DNA of 64,000 nt from Candidatus Nitrospinota bacterium M3_3B_026. Lineage in GTDB: Bacteria > Nitrospinota_A > UBA7883 > JBPRGF01. The stretch lies in NCBI GenBank assembly GCA_051418015.1, contig JBPRGF010000017.1:32001-96000 (forward strand). The letters are read 5' to 3'. Each line of letters begins with the position of its first letter. Within the stretch, counting starts at the first letter, position 1. Below, in pieces: positions 18,449 to 26,933 of the stretch. Made by a program: the position numbers and the translations under genes. A model generated the notes under the pieces. It ran no database searches, had not been told where the DNA came from, and saw nothing but the letters and a program-made list of their open reading frames with translations.

Positions 18449-20860
18449 ATGGGCAACTTCTCCGATGAGCAAAGAGAAATAATACTGGAGTTCGTCCAGG
18501 AAAGCCTCGACACGATAGAGCAGCTCGAGCCCACCATAATAGAACTCGGCCAGAAAGCGGGCGACCCGCAGGTTCTGAACGTCATTTTCCGCCTTTTCCA
18601 CTCCATGAAAGGCACCGCCTCCTTCCTTGAGCTAAAAAACATAGCGAACGTCTCCCACGCCGCGGAAAACCTCCTCGACCTCATCAGGTCCGGCGAGATA
18701 GAGATGAAAAGCCCCGACCACGTGAACCTTCTCATCGAGACTTCGGACTTCGCCAAGGAGGCCCTGGGCTATGTCGAGGCGAATCTCGAGGACGAGGGGA
18801 TGTCCGTCGCGGCCGGGGAGCTTTCGTCCAGGATCCAGAAGGCGATAGCCGAAGCCAGCGAGACCGGAGAAGAGGCGAAAGAGGAAAAGAAGGAAGAGCC
18901 TCCCGTGATAAAGCTCGATGAGGACGAAAAGGCCGGGGAGGAAGAGCGGGCCGCCACGGAGGAGCAGCGGGTGGAGCCCCCGGCGGAAAGGGACAAAGGG
19001 TTCGCCATCAACCCCGACATGGTCGAGCGGTTCGTCCAGGAAAGTGACGAGCTGCTCCAGGACATAGAGCAGGGGCTTCTCGCCTGGCTGGACGACCCCG
19101 GGAACAAGGAGATAGTCGCCGAGCTTTTCCGCAACTTCCATAGCTTCAAGGGCAACTGCGGCTTCTTCGGCTATTTGGATCTGGAGAGGCTCTCGCACAG
19201 GATCGAGACGGTGCTGGACGACGTAAAACGGGACGAGCCGATCGGCAAAAACAGCGCCGCGGAGCTTCTGCTGCAGCTGAAGGACGTCCTGCGCGACGGC
19301 GTCGCGGACATCTCCGAGGGCGGAGAGGGGAACATTGAGGCCCTCCACATCTATATGAACCTCCTCGAGGACCTTGCGCCCAAGAGGCGCGCCAGGGACG
19401 AGGGGAAAAAGGCCGGTGCGGAAAAAGGGTTGAAGGGGATAGAAATCCCTAAAAGACTCGGGGAGATACTGATCGAGGAGGGCATGGTCACGGAAGAGGA
19501 CCTGGAGAAGGCCCTCCAGACCCAGCTGAAGCCTGTGGGCGAAATCCTGGTGGACATGGGCGCCACTACCGACAAGGACGTTCAAACGGCCCTGGACAGG
19601 CAGGAAAAAAAGAAAGCCGAGCCGCCGCCCAAGACGGAGGAGAAAGCCCCGCGCGCCGTGAAACGGCAGGACATCAGGGTGGACCTGGTCAAGCTCGACA
19701 ACCTGATAAACCTGATCGGGGAGCTTGTTATAGCGGAGAACATGCTGGTCTCGAACCCCGACCTGGATGGGCTGGAGCTCGAGAACTTTCATAAGGCCGC
19801 CCAGCAGACCTCCAAGATAGTCCGCGAGCTTCAGGAGATGGCCATGGTCATAAGGATGATCCCCGTCTCCGGCCTGTTCCGGCGCATGATACGGCTGGTG
19901 CACGATCTTTCCGGCAAGTTCGGAAAAAAGGTGGAGCTCAAGATAGACGGCGAGGAGACGGAGGTGGACAAGACCATCATAGAGACCATCACGGACCCTC
20001 TCGTGCACATGATCCGCAACGCCGTCGACCACGGCCTGGAGACGCCGGAAGAGCGCGCCGCCGCCGGCAAGCCGGAGAAGGGGACGATAAAGCTTTCCGC
20101 GAGGCATGAGGAGGGCGAGGTCTGGATAATAGTCGAGGACGACGGCCACGGGCTGGACCGGGAGAAAATACTCGCCAAGGCCCGGGCCCAGGGGCTTATA
20201 GAAGACGACGGCGCCGAAATGCCCGACAAGGCCATCTACAACCTGATCTTCATGCCGGGTTTTTCCACCGCTGAACAAATCTCGGACGTGTCCGGCCGGG
20301 GCGTGGGGATGGACGTGGTAAGGCAGAACCTGGACAAGATAAAGTGCAAGATAGAGATACAAAGCAAGCTGGGCCTCGGCACGCGGTTCATCCTGCGTAT
20401 ACCGCTGACGCTGGCCATAATCGAGGGTATGCTGATAAGGGTTGGTGGCTCGAAGTACATCCTGCCCATCATGTCCATCCGGGAGTCGTTCTGCCCCGAG
20501 CCAGGGGCCATAACCGTATCCACCGACGGGCAGGAGCTGGCGCGGGTACGGGAGGAGTTCATCCCCGTGTTGAGGCTGCACGAGCTTCATAACATAGAGC
20601 CGACCCACAAGGAGCTCACCGACGGGATACTCGTGGTGCTGGACAGCCCCGACGGGGCCGTGGCCCTGTTCGTGGACGAGATACTGGGGCAGCAGCAGAC
20701 AGTCATAAAGGGGCTCTCGAAATACATCACAAAAGTGAACGACGTCCACGGCGTGTCGGGATGCACGATCCTGGGCAACGGCGACGTGTGCCTGATCCTG
20801 GACGTGGGGGGGCTGGTGGAGACCGCCCTGGCGGAAGCCGCCAGGGAGTCCGCGGGCTAG
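18449..20860 (+). CDS. cheA: Chemotaxis histidine kinase CheA with two Hpt domains and an MshEN-like tandem motif
   Basis: FRLFHSMKG and FRNFHSFKG (two P1 domains), IRVDLVKLDNLINLIGELVI, HMIRNAVDHGLE, DDGHG, GFSTA..SDVSGRGVGMDVV, PLTLAI, GCTILGNG. Confidence 0.95.
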   Translation: MGNFSDEQREIILEFVQESLDTIEQLEPTIIELGQKAGDPQVLNVIFRLFHSMKGTASFLELKNIANVSHAAENLLDLIRSGEIEMKSPDHVNLLIETSDFAKEALGYVEANLEDEGMSVAAGELSSRIQKAIAEASETGEEAKEEKKEEPPVIKLDEDEKAGEEERAATEEQRVEPPAERDKGFAINPDMVERFVQESDELLQDIEQGLLAWLDDPGNKEIVAELFRNFHSFKGNCGFFGYLDLERLSHRIETVLDDVKRDEPIGKNSAAELLLQLKDVLRDGVADISEGGEGNIEALHIYMNLLEDLAPKRRARDEGKKAGAEKGLKGIEIPKRLGEILIEEGMVTEEDLEKALQTQLKPVGEILVDMGATTDKDVQTALDRQEKKKAEPPPKTEEKAPRAVKRQDIRVDLVKLDNLINLIGELVIAENMLVSNPDLDGLELENFHKAAQQTSKIVRELQEMAMVIRMIPVSGLFRRMIRLVHDLSGKFGKKVELKIDGEETEVDKTIIETITDPLVHMIRNAVDHGLETPEERAAAGKPEKGTIKLSARHEEGEVWIIVEDDGHGLDREKILAKARAQGLIEDDGAEMPDKAIYNLIFMPGFSTAEQISDVSGRGVGMDVVRQNLDKIKCKIEIQSKLGLGTRFILRIPLTLAIIEGMLIRVGGSKYILPIMSIRESFCPEPGAITVSTDGQELARVREEFIPVLRLHELHNIEPTHKELTDGILVVLDSPDGAVALFVDEILGQQQTVIKGLSKYITKVNDVHGVSGCTILGNGDVCLILDVGGLVETALAEAARESAG

Positions 20861-20876
20861 GCGTGGGAACAAAGCC

Positions 20877-21389
20877 ATGAAAGAAAGCGTAAAAGAGATC
20901 GACTGGGCTCTCGACGACCTGGACGACGAGGACACCCTGAAGGACAAGTACCTTTCCTTCCACATAGCCGGGGACGGCTACGGGATAGAAATCCGCCACG
21001 TGACGGAGATCATCGGGGTTCAGAAGATCACGGAGGTGCCCAACACCCCGGACTACATCCTGGGAATCATCAACCTGCGCGGCACCGTGATCCCGGTGAT
21101 CGACGTGAGAATAAGGCTGAACGCCGCGCGCAAGGAGTTCGACGACAGGACGTGCGTCATCGTCGTTAACATGGGCGACGACACGGTGGTGGGCCTGCTG
21201 GTGGACGAGGTCCGGGAAGTCGTGGAAATACCGGAGAACATGGTCGAGCCCCCCCCAAAGGTCAGGAAAGGGGAGGCCAGCAGGTACATACAGGGGATAG
21301 GCAAAGCCGAGGGCGAGGTCTGGATAATCCTCGGCGTGAGAGAACTTTTATTCGACGATGACGGCGAAGAACCCGGCGACGCGGCCTGA
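20877..21389 (+). CDS. cheW: Chemotaxis coupling protein CheW
   Basis: KYLSF, YGIEI..VTEIIG, ITEVP..PDYILGIINLRG.VIPVID, GLLVDEV.EV. Confidence 0.95.
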   Translation: MKESVKEIDWALDDLDDEDTLKDKYLSFHIAGDGYGIEIRHVTEIIGVQKITEVPNTPDYILGIINLRGTVIPVIDVRIRLNAARKEFDDRTCVIVVNMGDDTVVGLLVDEVREVVEIPENMVEPPPKVRKGEASRYIQGIGKAEGEVWIILGVRELLFDDDGEEPGDAA

Positions 21390-21485
21390 AAGGCAGCCGC
21401 GGGGAGCGGCCTTCGTTATCGATCGCACACCATGGAAACAACGCGTGTGGGGGCGCGAGGTTAACTTCGGACAAAGGGGGAGAGT

Positions 21486-23954
21486 GTGAGAAAGATCCTG
21501 TTTTCGCTGGCTATCATAGCCATGACCGCGGCCGCCGGCGCCGCGCAGGGGGAGAGCCGATCCGCTTCCCCGGAGGACATTTACTTCGAGTTCGTAAACA
21601 CTCCCGTCATGCCCGAGCCTGTCGAGTTGGCCAGCGAAAAGACCCTGAAGACGCTGGAGGAGGACTGGCTCGGGAAGGCCGGGGCTGAAGAGGCAGAGGG
21701 GGCGGAAAAGGCCGCGAAGAAAGGGGAATACTCATCCACGTTCTGGGTGGTCATAATCGCCGTCGCGGTTCTCATAGTCATGCCGCTGGTGGTCTCCTTC
21801 GGCGCGGCGGCCAGGAAGATAAGCCTCAATCTCAAGCTCTATAACAGCCACGGGAGCCTCGTGCTGCTGGCGCTTTTCCTCGGCGTCTCCGGTTACATCT
21901 ATATCAGCGGGGTGTCCCAGGTCACGGACCTCGACGGCAGGTTCCAGCGAATAAACGGAACGGTCAACAAGATATACGCCGCCCAGAACAACTTCCTGCT
22001 CTACGGCGTGAAGGACAAAAAGTACGGCGAATCGCAGCTTGCGGACATAAGCTCGACGCTCGATAGGCTAAAGGCGGCCTTCGCCGCGATCAGAAAAAAT
22101 GAGAGCGTGAAAGAGGGCGACCTGGCCGCCATAAGCTCCATGGAAAAAAGCCTGACAAGTTACAGGAAGAGTCTCGACAAGATCGCCTCGGAGTACAACA
22201 ACATCGAGAGGCTGAAAAAGGAGACCGGACAGACCGTCCTCGACGTGAGCCTGGATCTCACCGAGCTGACCCAGCATTTCAGGGCGACTCTCGACATGCT
22301 CAACATGGAGGGGGCCGCTTATGAGAAGTTGCAGTTCCACACCCTCATGGTAAAACGCCTCACCGGCGCGGAAGGGACCCTGCGGCGGGTGGAGCTTCTG
22401 AAGGCCGATTTCCTGCGCGACAACAACGTGAAGCACGTCAAGGACATGGCCGACTACCTCTCCATGCTCAAGGGCGCCCTGGAGGCGATCCGGACGGGGC
22501 TCCAGTCGGCGGAGGAGAAGTCCCTCTACGAGAGCGTCGCCAAAAGCGTTGACGATTACATAAAGAAACTCAGGAGGCTCGTCCAGGATACGGCCAGCCT
22601 GAACGCCGACCTGGAAACGATGATGGGCCAGATAACCAGGGTCCGCCAGACCACGTCCGAAGTCTCCCGCGGCCTGGGGTCCCGCGCCGCGACGATCACC
22701 AGCGAAGCCAACGCCGCGGCCATGATCCTCATAGCCATGGCCCTGCTGGTGGGGGTCATCCCCACCTTCCTGGTTACACGCTCCATCACCGAGCCGCTGG
22801 CAAGGGTTGTGAAAATGATAAAGGAGATGAGCGCGGGCAGGCTGGACACCAGGCTCAACATCGACAGAGACGACGAGATAGGCCAGATGGCAAAAGCCAT
22901 GGACAGTTTCGCGGATGATCTCCAGTTCGGAGTGGTGGGGTCCCTGCAAAAGCTCGCCGAGGGCGATCTGACGATCGAAACCAACCTCAGGGACGAACGG
23001 GACGCGATAATGGGAGCGCTCAAGAGGACGGTGGAGGACCTGAACCGCATCGTGAGCCAGATAAACGCCGCGGGCGACCAGATCGCAGGCGGCGCCGCGC
23101 AGGTGGCGGACTCCAGCAACTCCCTGTCCCAGACCGCGACGGAGCAGGCCGGCTCCATCGAGCAGATAACCAGCGCCATCGAGCAGATCAGCTCGCAGAC
23201 GAAGCTCAACGCCGACAACGCCAAGCAGGCCAACCAGCTGGTCCTTCACACCCGCGAGGCCGCCGAGGACGGCAACAGGCAGATGAAAGACATGCTGACG
23301 GCGATGGAGGAGATAAACGAGTCCGGGGCCAACGTCTCCAAGATAATAAAGGTGATAGACGAGATCGCTTTCCAGACGAACCTGCTGGCCCTCAACGCGG
23401 CCGTGGAGGCGGCGCGGGCCGGCAAGCACGGAAAGGGTTTCGCCGTGGTGGCCGAAGAGGTGAGAAACCTCGCCGCCCGCAGCGCCCAGGCTGCCAGGGA
23501 AACGGCGGAGTTGATCGAAAGCTCCGTGGACAAGGCGCGCAACGGGGCGGATATAGCCGACAGGACAGCCGACTCCCTCTCCCAGATAGTGGGGGAGGTG
23601 ACGAAAGTGACGGACCTTGTCGGGGAGATAGCCTCGGCCTCCGCCGACCAGGCGCGGGGCCTGGAAGAGGTCAACAGGGGTGTGGGGGAGATCGACAAGA
23701 TAGTCCAGCAGAACGCGGCGATAGCCGAGCAAAGCGCCTCCGCGGCGGAGGAGCTTTCCAGCCAGGCGGAAAGCCTGAAGGAGATGCTGTCGCGCTTCCG
23801 GTTGAAAGAGAGCAAAGGGCTGCTGACCGGCGGAACGGAACGGATGGAGCATGACCGGCCGGAGACACCCGCAATGGAGGAAGAGGACGTGAAGCCGTCC
23901 AGCGCGGCCGGGCGGCGGCCAAGCGATATTATATCCCTGGACGAGGACTTCTAG
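21486..23954 (+). CDS. Methyl-accepting chemotaxis protein with atypical N-terminal extension
   Basis: HAMP (RDDEIGQMA), signalling hairpin [41 protein letters not shown]-terminal ISLDEDF; GTG start with GGGGAGAG RBS. Confidence 0.92.
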   Translation: MRKILFSLAIIAMTAAAGAAQGESRSASPEDIYFEFVNTPVMPEPVELASEKTLKTLEEDWLGKAGAEEAEGAEKAAKKGEYSSTFWVVIIAVAVLIVMPLVVSFGAAARKISLNLKLYNSHGSLVLLALFLGVSGYIYISGVSQVTDLDGRFQRINGTVNKIYAAQNNFLLYGVKDKKYGESQLADISSTLDRLKAAFAAIRKNESVKEGDLAAISSMEKSLTSYRKSLDKIASEYNNIERLKKETGQTVLDVSLDLTELTQHFRATLDMLNMEGAAYEKLQFHTLMVKRLTGAEGTLRRVELLKADFLRDNNVKHVKDMADYLSMLKGALEAIRTGLQSAEEKSLYESVAKSVDDYIKKLRRLVQDTASLNADLETMMGQITRVRQTTSEVSRGLGSRAATITSEANAAAMILIAMALLVGVIPTFLVTRSITEPLARVVKMIKEMSAGRLDTRLNIDRDDEIGQMAKAMDSFADDLQFGVVGSLQKLAEGDLTIETNLRDERDAIMGALKRTVEDLNRIVSQINAAGDQIAGGAAQVADSSNSLSQTATEQAGSIEQITSAIEQISSQTKLNADNAKQANQLVLHTREAAEDGNRQMKDMLTAMEEINESGANVSKIIKVIDEIAFQTNLLALNAAVEAARAGKHGKGFAVVAEEVRNLAARSAQAARETAELIESSVDKARNGADIADRTADSLSQIVGEVTKVTDLVGEIASASADQARGLEEVNRGVGEIDKIVQQNAAIAEQSASAAEELSSQAESLKEMLSRFRLKESKGLLTGGTERMEHDRPETPAMEEEDVKPSSAAGRRPSDIISLDEDF

Positions 23955-24170
23955 CCAGATTCGGATAAAAACGGGCCCGGCCGTTTTCCGGCCTGCCGTA
24001 CCGAAGACGATTTTTTTCGTGACGAGTTGTAAAAAACAAGGAATTTTCATACAATCGCCCGGATCAGGGCGCGGCCGCGATGGGCGGCTCCAGGGAGTTC
24101 CCCCGCGGACATCGCGGCGAAGTGAGAACCTCCCCGCCGTGAGTCAACATTCTGGCAACGTTTTTCCGCC

Positions 24171-25247
24171 ATGAGAAAAAAAATCCGCGTGCTGGTCGTG
24201 GACGATTCGTCACTGGTGCGCAACATACTTGAAAAAGGCCTCTCCGCCGACCCGGATATAGAGGTGGTCGGCGTCGCGCCTGACCCTTACATAGCAAGGG
24301 ACAAGATAGTCCAGCTCAGCCCCGACGTCCTGACGCTGGACGTGGAGATGCCCAGGATGGACGGAGTGGAGTTTTTGCGAAGGCTCATGCCCCAGTATCC
24401 CCTGCCGGTGGTTATGGTCAGCGCGCTGACCCAGAAGGGCAAGAGGATAACCATCGAAGCGCTGGAGGCCGGGGCGGTCGATTTCGTCACCAAACCGTCG
24501 ACGGACGTGGCGCGAGGGCTCTCGGCGATGCTGGACGACCTGCGGGAAAAGGTGAAGGCCGCCTCGAAAGCCAACGTGTCGAGCTGGCGGAAGGCGGAGC
24601 GCGCCCGCCAGCCCGGGGTCATCTCCGGGACCAGGGCGCTGGCGGAGTCCACGGACAAGGTGATAGCCATAGGCGCCTCCACCGGCGGCACCGAGGCCAT
24701 AAAAAGGGTGCTGGCCCGGTTCCCGAGGAACACGCCGGGGGTGGTGATAGTCCAGCACATGCCGGCGGGGTTCACCAGGACATTCGCCGAACGCCTGAAC
24801 GCCCAGTGCGCCATGGAGGTGAGCGAGGCCGCCGACGGTGAGAGGGTGCTGGCGGGCAAGGCGCTCGTCGCCCCGGGCGACAGGCATATGATGGTGGAAA
24901 GGTCCGGCGGCATCTACAGGGTAAGGGTCAAAGACGGAGAGAAGGTCAGCGGCCACCGGCCCTCCGTGGACATGCTCATGGGCTCCCTGGCCAAAAGCGC
25001 CGGGCCGAACGCTGTCGGGGTCATCCTCACAGGCATGGGCGCCGACGGAGCGCAGGGGCTGCTGGCCATGCGCCGGGCGGGGGCAAGGACCATCGCGCAG
25101 GACAAGGACTCATGCATCGTCTTCGGGATGCCGAAGGTGGCCCATGACGTCGGCGGGGCGGAGCGTCTCCTGCCGCTGGACGCGATAGCCCAGGAGGTCA
25201 TAAAGCTGATCTCCGCCCCCGCGGGAACGCCGGGACGACGCGGCTAG
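24171..25247 (+). CDS. cheB: Chemotaxis methylesterase CheB (receiver plus methylesterase)
   Basis: LVVDDS, TLDVEMP, IGASTGG, VQHMP, RPSVD, LTGMGADGA, VFGMP. Confidence 0.95.
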   Translation: MRKKIRVLVVDDSSLVRNILEKGLSADPDIEVVGVAPDPYIARDKIVQLSPDVLTLDVEMPRMDGVEFLRRLMPQYPLPVVMVSALTQKGKRITIEALEAGAVDFVTKPSTDVARGLSAMLDDLREKVKAASKANVSSWRKAERARQPGVISGTRALAESTDKVIAIGASTGGTEAIKRVLARFPRNTPGVVIVQHMPAGFTRTFAERLNAQCAMEVSEAADGERVLAGKALVAPGDRHMMVERSGGIYRVRVKDGEKVSGHRPSVDMLMGSLAKSAGPNAVGVILTGMGADGAQGLLAMRRAGARTIAQDKDSCIVFGMPKVAHDVGGAERLLPLDAIAQEVIKLISAPAGTPGRRG

Positions 25248-26149
25248 AACCCCCGGCTTAAGCCATGGCGCCTGGCCGCCTCCACGGCGGCCTTGTGCTC
25301 GGCGGAGGTGATGGGCCTGTTGATCCGCTCATGCCTGCCGGCCTTGTAAAGGGGGCGCCACTGGTCCATGATATTCACGTAGGTGTTTTTCGATACCTCC
25401 TCGGCCAGAAACCTGAAAATCTCCTCGGACCCGGCGGCGTCGTTCGGCATCACAAGGTGGCGGACCAGCAGGCCCCTGCGGGCTATGCCGCGGAAATCCA
25501 CATCCAGGTCGCCCACCTGCCGATGCATCTCCTTCACCACATCCTTCACCACCTTCGGGTAGTCCGGCGCGGCGGAGTATTCGCGGGCGGCTTCTCTCGA
25601 TGAGTACTTTATATCCGGCATGTAAATGTCCACGATCCCGTCCAGCAGCCTGATGACATCGACGTTTTCGTACCCGCCGCAGTTCCACACCACGGGAAGC
25701 TCCAGCCCCATCCCCGCCGCGATATCCAGCGACTCCACGATCCGGGCGGCGTAATGGGTCGGCGTGACGAAGTTTATGTTGTGGCATCCGCGGTTCTGGA
25801 GCCCGATCATGAGATCGGCCAGCTCCTCCGGAGAGATAAACGACCCCTGGCCGAGATGGCTTATCTCGTAGTTCTGGCAGAAAATACAGCGCAGGTTGCA
25901 ATGAGTCAGAAAGACCGTCCCCGACCCGTAGCGCCCCACCAGCTCCGGCTCCTCGCCGAAGTGGGGGAACACGCTGGAGACCATCAGCTCCGCCGGGGCG
26001 CGGCATACGCCGAGTTCGCCCTTCAGCCTGTTCACATGGCACTTGCGCGCGCAAAGCTCGCAACGCTTCATTATCGCAACGAGCTTTTCGGCGCGTTTTT
26101 GAAGCTCGCCCGCATTGTGGAGGGCAACGTAACCGGGTAGGTATGCCAT
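25244..26149 (-). CDS. PflX-like radical SAM protein
   Basis: CELCARKCHVNR, PHFGEEPEL, CNLRCIFCQNYEIS, NINFVTPTH, DIYMPDIKY, GLLVRHLVMP. Confidence 0.85.
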   Translation of the reverse strand: MAYLPGYVALHNAGELQKRAEKLVAIMKRCELCARKCHVNRLKGELGVCRAPAELMVSSVFPHFGEEPELVGRYGSGTVFLTHCNLRCIFCQNYEISHLGQGSFISPEELADLMIGLQNRGCHNINFVTPTHYAARIVESLDIAAGMGLELPVVWNCGGYENVDVIRLLDGIVDIYMPDIKYSSREAAREYSAAPDYPKVVKDVVKEMHRQVGDLDVDFRGIARRGLLVRHLVMPNDAAGSEEIFRFLAEEVSKNTYVNIMDQWRPLYKAGRHERINRPITSAEHKAAVEAARRHGLSRGF

Positions 26150-26165
26150 CGTCGCGCCCCGGCGG

Positions 26166-26918
26166 TTAGAAGTCGTACACCAGCGTGACGGAGGTCGTGG
26201 TGTCGGTCTCCTTTTTGTCCGTGGGCGGGGACGAGTTCCACCGTGTGTCCATGGAGAGCTTGAGCGAGAGCGACGAGCCGGAGATGTTCGTCTTGAAAGC
26301 CGTGGCGCCCTCCACCACCGTCCCCCCGGCCCCCGCCACGGAGGATAGCTCCTCGGAAAACTCCGAGGATTCCCCGATCCTCCATTTGAAATCCAGCCCG
26401 GTCAGGAATACGACCTCATCCTCCCGCGACCCGTCATCCAGCAGGCTGTGGCGTCCGCCCGGCCCGGCCTCGACTCTCAAGAGGATGTTCTCCGTCGGCG
26501 CCATCGCCCGCCCCAGTCCCACGGCCTCGTGGACACGGTATTTGTAGCCGCTGAACCTGTCGTTCTCATACCCGGCCTCGACGAAAGCGTGGTCCCGGCG
26601 GGATATCTTGTACGCGGTGTTTAGCGACACCGCGAGCCTCTGGGCGTCGTCGCCTGAGCCGTCGGAGCTTTCGGAGTAATAGGAATCGGCCTTCAGGTTG
26701 TGACGGAGCCTTTCTACTTCGTTCACCACGCGCAGTTTCGTTTTCAGGCTTTTGGTGTTCGTGTTGCCGCTGGTGGCCACGCCGCCGATCTCCACCTCGC
26801 CCTTCCACGGCCTTTGCGCCTCTTCAGGTTCGGCGGCGAGCGAAGCGGACGCCGAGGCCATGACAATCGCGGCGGCGAACGCCGCCGCCAGCGCGGCGAT
26901 AAGGCGGGTGGCTTTCAT
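26166..26918 (-). CDS. DUF481 (YdiY-like) outer-membrane beta-barrel
   Basis: Signal peptide, W.GEVEIG...TSGNTNT, YENDRFSG, EAGPG, C-terminal LVYDF. Confidence 0.85.
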   Translation of the reverse strand: MKATRLIAALAAAFAAAIVMASASASLAAEPEEAQRPWKGEVEIGGVATSGNTNTKSLKTKLRVVNEVERLRHNLKADSYYSESSDGSGDDAQRLAVSLNTAYKISRRDHAFVEAGYENDRFSGYKYRVHEAVGLGRAMAPTENILLRVEAGPGGRHSLLDDGSREDEVVFLTGLDFKWRIGESSEFSEELSSVAGAGGTVVEGATAFKTNISGSSLSLKLSMDTRWNSSPPTDKKETDTTTSVTLVYDF

Positions 26919-26933
26919 GGCGTCACGATAACC

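Noticed and set aside
18632..24050. Very long antisense ORFs (777 aa and 660 aa), and similar ones opposite valS, the M16 pair and the CNNM pair
   Set aside because: Expected stop-poor shadow frames in GC-rich coding DNA; no recognisable motifs.
23955..24170. Possible cheR remnant between mcp and cheB (CCGGCCGTTTTCCGG = PAVFR)
   Set aside because: A five-residue resemblance only, with no extended open frame; not supportable.
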